Below, in pieces: positions 57,276 to 64,000 of a stretch of 64,000 nucleotides of DNA. Source of the stretch: a virus (Duplodnaviria > Heunggongvirae > Uroviricota > Caudoviricetes); IMG/VR virus record IMGVR_UViG_2687453424_000001, one strand, 5' to 3'. Both the position numbers and the translations under genes were made by a program. Positions within the stretch are counted from its first letter, which is position 1; each line of letters opens with the position of its first letter. Below the pieces are notes generated by a model. That model made no database searches. It saw only the letters and a list, made by a program, of their open reading frames with translations, and was not told the origin of the DNA.

Positions 57276-60200
57276 NNNNNNNNNNNNNNNNNNNNNNNNN
57301 NNNNNNNNNNNNNNNNNNNNNNNNNNNNNNNNNNNNNNNNNNNNNNNNNNNNNNNNNNNNNNNNNNNNNNNNNNNNNNNNNNNNNNNNNNNNNNNNNNNN
57401 NNNNNNNNNNNNNNNNNNNNNNNNNNNNNNNNNNNNNNNNNNNNNNNNNNNNNNNNNNNNNNNNNNNNNNNNNNNNNNNNNNNNNNNNNNNNNNNNNNNN
57501 NNNNNNNNNNNNNNNNNNNNNNNNNNNNNNNNNNNNNNNNNNNNNNNNNNNNNNNNNNNNNNNNNNNNNNNNNNNNNNNNNNNNNNNNNNNNNNNNNNNN
57601 NNNNNNNNNNNNNNNNNNNNNNNNNNNNNNNNNNNNNNNNNNNNNNNNNNNNNNNNNNNNNNNNNNNNNNNNNNNNNNNNNNNNNNNNNNNNNNNNNNNN
57701 NNNNNNNNNNNNNNNNNNNNNNNNNNNNNNNNNNNNNNNNNNNNNNNNNNNNNNNNNNNNNNNNNNNNNNNNNNNNNNNNNNNNNNNNNNNNNNNNNNNN
57801 NNNNNNNNNNNNNNNNNNNNNNNNNNNNNNNNNNNNNNNNNNNNNNNNNNNNNNNNNNNNNNNNNNNNNNNNNNNNNNNNNNNNNNNNNNNNNNNNNNNN
57901 NNNNNNNNNNNNNNNNNNNNNNNNNNNNNNNNNNNNNNNNNNNNNNNNNNNNNNNNNNNNNNNNNNNNNNNNNNNNNNNNNNNNNNNNNNNNNNNNNNNN
58001 NNNNNNNNNNNNNNNNNNNNNNNNNNNNNNNNNNNNNNNNNNNNNNNNNNNNNNNNNNNNNNNNNNNNNNNNNNNNNNNNNNNNNNNNNNNNNNNNNNNN
58101 NNNNNNNNNNNNNNNNNNNNNNNNNNNNNNNNNNNNNNNNNNNNNNNNNNNNNNNNNNNNNNNNNNNNNNNNNNNNNNNNNNNNNNNNNNNNNNNNNNNN
58201 NNNNNNNNNNNNNNNNNNNNNNNNNNNNNNNNNNNNNNNNNNNNNNNNNNNNNNNNNNNNNNNNNNNNNNNNNNNNNNNNNNNNNNNNNNNNNNNNNNNN
58301 NNNNNNNNNNNNNNNNNNNNNNNNNNNNNNNNNNNNNNNNNNNNNNNNNNNNNNNNNNNNNNNNNNNNNNNNNNNNNNNNNNNNNNNNNNNNNNNNNNNN
58401 NNNNNNNNNNNNNNNNNNNNNNNNNNNNNNNNNNNNNNNNNNNNNNNNNNNNNNNNNNNNNNNNNNNNNNNNNNNNNNNNNNNNNNNNNNNNNNNNNNNN
58501 NNNNNNNNNNNNNNNNNNNNNNNNNNNNNNNNNNNNNNNNNNNNNNNNNNNNNNNNNNNNNNNNNNNNNNNNNNNNNNNNNNNNNNNNNNNNNNNNNNNN
58601 NNNNNNNNNNNNNNNNNNNNNNNNNNNNNNNNNNNNNNNNNNNNNNNNNNNNNNNNNNNNNNNNNNNNNNNNNNNNNNNNNNNNNNNNNNNNNNNNNNNN
58701 NNNNNNNNNNNNNNNNNNNNNNNNNNNNNNNNNNNNNNNNNNNNNNNNNNNNNNNNNNNNNNNNNNNNNNNNNNNNNNNNNNNNNNNNNNNNNNNNNNNN
58801 NNNNNNNNNNNNNNNNNNNNNNNNNNNNNNNNNNNNNNNNNNNNNNNNNNNNNNNNNNNNNNNNNNNNNNNNNNNNNNNNNNNNNNNNNNNNNNNNNNNN
58901 NNNNNNNNNNNNNNNNNNNNNNNNNNNNNNNNNNNNNNNNNNNNNNNNNNNNNNNNNNNNNNNNNNNNNNNNNNNNNNNNNNNNNNNNNNNNNNNNNNNN
59001 NNNNNNNNNNNNNNNNNNNNNNNNNNNNNNNNNNNNNNNNNNNNNNNNNNNNNNNNNNNNNNNNNNNNNNNNNNNNNNNNNNNNNNNNNNNNNNNNNNNN
59101 NNNNNNNNNNNNNNNNNNNNNNNNNNNNNNNNNNNNNNNNNNNNNNNNNNNNNNNNNNNNNNNNNNNNNNNNNNNNNNNNNNNNNNNNNNNNNNNNNNNN
59201 NNNNNNNNNNNNNNNNNNNNNNNNNNNNNNNNNNNNNNNNNNNNNNNNNNNNNNNNNNNNNNNNNNNNNNNNNNNNNNNNNNNNNNNNNNNNNNNNNNNN
59301 NNNNNNNNNNNNNNNNNNNNNNNNNNNNNNNNNNNNNNNNNNNNNNNNNNNNNNNNNNNNNNNNNNNNNNNNNNNNNNNNNNNNNNNNNNNNNNNNNNNN
59401 NNNNNNNNNNNNNNNNNNNNNNNNNNNNNNNNNNNNNNNNNNNNNNNNNNNNNNNNNNNNNNNNNNNNNNNNNNNNNNNNNNNNNNNNNNNNNNNNNNNN
59501 NNNNNNNNNNNNNNNNNNNNNNNNNNNNNNNNNNNNNNNNNNNNNNNNNNNNNNNNNNNNNNNNNNNNNNNNNNNNNNNNNNNNNNNNNNNNNNNNNNNN
59601 NNNNNNNNNNNNNNNNNNNNNNNNNNNNNNNNNNNNNNNNNNNNNNNNNNNNNNNNNNNNNNNNNNNNNNNNNNNNNNNNNNNNNNNNNNNNNNNNNNNN
59701 NNNNNNNNNNNNNNNNNNNNNNNNNNNNNNNNNNNNNNNNNNNNNNNNNNNNNNNNNNNNNNNNNNNNNNNNNNNNNNNNNNNNNNNNNNNNNNNNNNNN
59801 NNNNNNNNNNNNNNNNNNNNNNNNNNNNNNNNNNNNNNNNNNNNNNNNNNNNNNNNNNNNNNNNNNNNNNNNNNNNNNNNNNNNNNNNNNNNNNNNNNNN
59901 NNNNNNNNNNNNNNNNNNNNNNNNNNNNNNNNNNNNNNNNNNNNNNNNNNNNNNNNNNNNNNNNNNNNNNNNNNNNNNNNNNNNNNNNNNNNNNNNNNNN
60001 NNNNNNNNNNNNNNNNNNNNNNNNNNNNNNNNNNNNNNNNNNNNNNNNNNNNNNNNNNNNNNNNNNNNNNNNNNNNNNNNNNNNNNNNNNNNNNNNNNNN
60101 NNNNNNNNNNNNNNNNNNNNNNNNNNNNNNNNNNNNNNNNNNNNNNNNNNNNNNNNNNNNNNNNNNNNNNNNNNNNNNNNNNNNNNNNNNNNNNNNNNNN

Positions 60201-61433
60201 NNNNNNNNNNNNNNNNNNNNNNNNNNNNNNNNNNNNNNNNNNNNNNNNNNNNNNNNNNNNNNNNNNNNNNNNNNNNNNNNNNNNNNNNNNNNNNNNNNNN
60301 NNNNNNNNNNNNNNNNNNNNNNNNNNNNNNNNNNNNNNNNNNNNNNNNNNNNNNNNNNNNNNNNNNNNNNNNNNNNNNNNNNNNNNNNNNNNNNNNNNNN
60401 NNNNNNNNNNNNNNNNNNNNNNNNNNNNNNNNNNNNNNNNNNNNNNNNNNNNNNNNNNNNNNNNNNNNNNNNNNNNNNNNNNNNNNNNNNNNNNNNNNNN
60501 NNNNNNNNNNNNNNNNNNNNNNNNNNNNNNNNNNNNNNNNNNNNNNNNNNNNNNNNNNNNNNNNNNNNNNNNNNNNNNNNNNNNNNNNNNNNNNNNNNNN
60601 NNNNNNNNNNNNNNNNNNNNNNNNNNNNNNNNNNNNNNNNNNNNNNNNNNNNNNNNNNNNNNNNNNNNNNNNNNNNNNNNNNNNNNNNNNNNNNNNNNNN
60701 NNNNNNNNNNNNNNNNNNNNNNNNNNNNNNNNNNNNNNNNNNNNNNNNNNNNNNNNNNNNNNNNNNNNNNNNNNNNNNNNNNNNNNNNNNNNNNNNNNNN
60801 NNNNNNNNNNNNNNNNNNNNNNNNNNNNNNNNNNNNNNNNNNNNNNNNNNNNNNNNNNNNNNNNNNNNNNNNNNNNNNNNNNNNNNNNNNNNNNNNNNNN
60901 NNNNNNNNNNNNNNNNNNNNNNNNNNNNNNNNNNNNNNNNNNNNNNNNNNNNNNNNNNNNNNNNNNNNNNNNNNNNNNNNNNNNNNNNNNNNNNNNNNNN
61001 NNNNNNNNNNNNNNNNNNNNNNNNNNNNNNNNNNNNNNNNNNNNNNNNNNNNNNNNNNNNNNNNNNNNNNNNNNNNNNNNNNNNNNNNNNNNNNNNNNNN
61101 NNNNNNNNNNNNNNNNNNNNNNNNNNNNNNNNNNNNNNNNNNNNNNNNNNNNNNNNNNNNNNNNNNNNNNNNNNNNNNNNNNNNNNNNNNNNNNNNNNNN
61201 NNNNNNNNNNNNNNNNNNNNNNNNNNNNNNNNNNNNNNNNNNNNNNNNNNNNNNNNNNNNNNNNNNNNNNNNNNNNNNNNNNNNNNNNNNNNNNNNNNNN
61301 NNNNNNNNNNNNNNNNNNNNNNNNNNNNNNNNNNNNNNNNNNNNNNNNNNNNNNNNNNNNNNNNNNNNNNNNNNNNNNNNNNNNNNNNNNNNNNNNNNNN
61401 NNNNNNNNNNNNNNNNNNNNNNNNNNNNNNNNN
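57276..61433. other. assembly gap (N run)
   Basis: continuous n. Confidence 1.
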
Positions 61434-62070
61434 ACCCCAAATCAGGCACCCTCCCACTCTGGGTCTGCCCCCCCCAGTCCCTGATATGGGGGGGCGTGGG
61501 GGTGGTGGGGGTGTTGGAATGCCACATGGAGTGTGGTATGGGGACAACAAGGAGCGTTTTGGTACTGGTGGCTTTGGGGGGAGCAGCTTTGTGGGGGCAT
61601 CCCCATTTGGGGTGGGGGTGCTTGGAGGGGCACTTCCAGGATTTGGTTCCCTGGGTTCATTTGGGAGGGCCCGAGGTGATGGTGGGGTGCAGGTCACTTT
61701 TGGGCTGCCCCAGGATCCCCATTTGTGGGTCCTGTCTGCTCTTGTGGTGCTTCAGGAAGATTTGGGGTACCCCAGGATTTTGGGTGGCACCGCAACTGGT
61801 TTGGGTGCCTCCAGGGCCCTTGGGGGGGGCAGCGTGGGTTTGGGGTGCCCCTTATTTGGGGTGCCCCCAGTGGTTTTGAAGTCCCAGAGCACCTTAGGGG
61901 ACCCCCAGGGCGGTGCTGGGGGAACCTTTCTTTTTAGGACACCCCTTTTTTAGTGAATTTGTGCCACTGAGCTGAGCCGGGGCAGCTTTGGAGCTGTGGG
62001 CTTTGGGTTTGGGGAGATTTTGGGGGATCCTGGGAGGATTTTGGGGATTCAGGCTGGTCCCCTTTCCTGG
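61434..62070. repeat. G-rich low-complexity region (TTGGGG / TTTGGGGTGCCCC-like motifs)
   Basis: Recurrent tttggggtgcccc, atttgggg, ttttggggg, gggggg runs. Confidence 0.6.
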
Positions 62071-62074
62071 TTTA

Positions 62075-62595
62075 GCAGTAGCAGTCATTTTTTCTACTGG
62101 TGCAGTGCTGTGTTTTGACTTTCGACCTGGGAATAATACTGATAAAGCTGATGTTTTCAGTTGTGGGTCAGAATGTTTACCCTGACCAAGGACTTTGTGA
62201 GTCTCATGCTGTGCCAGGGAGGAGGAGAAGCCGGGAGGAAGCAGAGACAGGACACCTGACCCAAACTAGCCAAAGAGGTATTCCATACCACAGCACGTCA
62301 TGCCCAGGATGTAGAATGGAGAGGGCCCGGAAGGGCTAGATGACTGCGGGGTGAGGTACCGGTTGGTGAGCGATTGTATTCTCTTCCTTGTTATTTCCTT
62401 TATCATTATTACTATTAGTGGTAGCAGTAGTGATTTGTGTTATACCTTAGTTATTAAACTGTTCTTATCTCAACCCGTGGGAGTTGCATTCTTTCGATTC
62501 TCCTCCCCATCCCTCCAGGAGCGGAGGGAAGAAAGGTGTGGGGGGGAAGTAGACTGCGTGGTTCTGATTTATGGCCTGGGCTTAAACCACAACAT
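62075..62595 (+). repeat. LTR-like interspersed repeat, full-length copy A
   Basis: Reverse complement of 63290-63835 aligns along the whole length; contains a near-palindromic core. Confidence 0.7.
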
Positions 62596-63289
62596 CCCCA
62601 AAATGCCTCTGGGTGGCTCAGTTATTTGGGGGATTCCTCATCTCCTGCAAATAGGGGTCCATCAATCCCAGGGCAGCTGAATCTCCTTGGATGCCCTAGG
62701 GAGCCCCGTTGCCATAAATTGGAGGAATTTTGGGGTTTGGAGTCATTTGGGGGTTCAAGGAACGTTTGGAGGTTTGGCAGGGGTCCCCAAAACTCGCTGT
62801 AGGAGGCACATTATATTGGGAGATCTCCCATATACCGAAAACGGGGGATACCTGGGTCTCAGGTCACATTGGGTGAGCAATGATCCCTCAGAGTGGTGAT
62901 GTGTTGAGGGGAAGAGTTTGGGGCTCAGAGGGGATTTGGGCATTGGGGGAGATCCTCAAAGCTCCCGGGGTGAAGAGCAACGGAACGGCCAGGTACAAGT
63001 CCACTGCCACGTCCATCCCGCCCTGCTGCCAGAGCCCGCTCCTATTACAAGTCATTACCATAAAGTACAATGAAACAAGAACCTTAGCCCAAGGCCCACA
63101 CTTGGTAAACACTAACACAGCAAATACTGGCTGTAAGTAAGGTACAACATGCTGAAACTGTGACATCAAAACCAACAACTTTGAGAGCCAATAAATCAGC
63201 ATTGTGATGAGTGCTTTTCACAAATACGGTTAGACACACTCCGGTCAGATCTGTCGTTATCTCAACCTTTCATGCCCCACGTTGGGCAC

Positions 63290-63835
63290 CAAAAAAGAAC
63301 TGTCGTGGTTTAAACCCAGTCAGCCATCAATCAGCCACACAGTCTCTCCCCCCACTTCTTTCCCTCCCCCTGCTCCCGGAGGGATAGGAAGGAGAATTGA
63401 AAGAATGTAACTCCCACAGGTTGAGGTAAGAACAGTTTAGCAACTAAGGTATAACACAAATCACTACTGCTACCACCAATAATAATAGTGATAAAGGAAA
63501 TAACAAGGGAAGAGAATACAACACCTCACCACCCGCCAACCGATAACTCACCCCCACCCAGCAGTGATCCAGCCCTTCCGGGTAACTCTCAGTTACCTCC
63601 CGGGCATGACGTGCTGTGGTATGGAATACCTCTCTGGCTAGGTTGGGTCAGGTGTCCTGTCCCTGCTTCCTCCCGGCTTCCCCTCCTCCCTGGCAGAGCA
63701 TGAGACTCAGAAAGTCCTTGGTCAGACCAAACATCGGTGTTATCAGCTCTGTTCCCAGGCTGAAAGTCAAAAACACAGCGCTGCACCAGGTACTAAGGAG
63801 AAAAAATGACTGCTACTTCTGAACCAGGACAGCAC
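63290..63835 (-). repeat. LTR-like interspersed repeat, full-length copy B (inverted relative to copy A)
   Basis: tgtcgtggtttaaacccagtcag ... ccgggtaactctcagttacctcccggg ... gactgctacttctgaac; inverse complement of copy A. Confidence 0.7.
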
Positions 63836-63839
63836 CAAG

Positions 63840-64000
63840 TGACACCAAGTGACCCTCCAGACCTACAACTGCCCCCCAAAGTGACACCCCAGATCCACAA
63901 CTGCCTCCCCAGTTACCTGAAGGAGATTCCTCAGACCCACATCCGCCCCAAGTGACCCCACAGTGACCCCACATACCCACAACTGCCCCCCAAGTGACCC
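63840..64000. repeat. 31/42-bp minisatellite (same family as 16975-17950), truncated by window end
   Basis: ..caagtgacaccaagtgaccctccagacctacaactgcccccc.. units. Confidence 0.8.

Noticed and set aside
61434-62070. True telomere
   Set aside because: Vertebrate telomeres are TTAGGG arrays; this is an irregular G-rich tract with TTGGGG-like motifs embedded in other sequence, not a clean hexamer array.

Overview
This is a heavily gapped scaffold (nine N runs, about 60% of the window) from what looks like a bird genome. The host sequence carries many CR1 LINE fragments, an alpharetrovirus-like endogenous retrovirus (ERV) cluster, one olfactory-receptor pseudogene, four copies of an LTR-like repeat and a 31/42-bp satellite. 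The stand-out signal is a ~9 kb block of bacterial DNA at ~28.09-37.17 kb. It encodes, on the minus strand, part of a Gram-positive conjugative type IV secretion (T4SS) operon: a VirB4-like ATPase, a small coupled ORF, a CHAP-domain cell-wall hydrolase, a VirB8-like membrane protein and a thioredoxin-like CxxC protein. Both ends of the block cut bacterial genes mid-ORF and the bacterial ORFs are undecayed, so an assembly chimera or contaminant (lactic-acid-bacterium plasmid or ICE) is more likely than an established horizontal transfer; this needs read-level checking. All of these protein families are already known, so I did not find a convincingly novel system. All boundaries are from manual reading and are approximate (± tens of bp); ORF-track ORFs that run through N gaps are artefacts.
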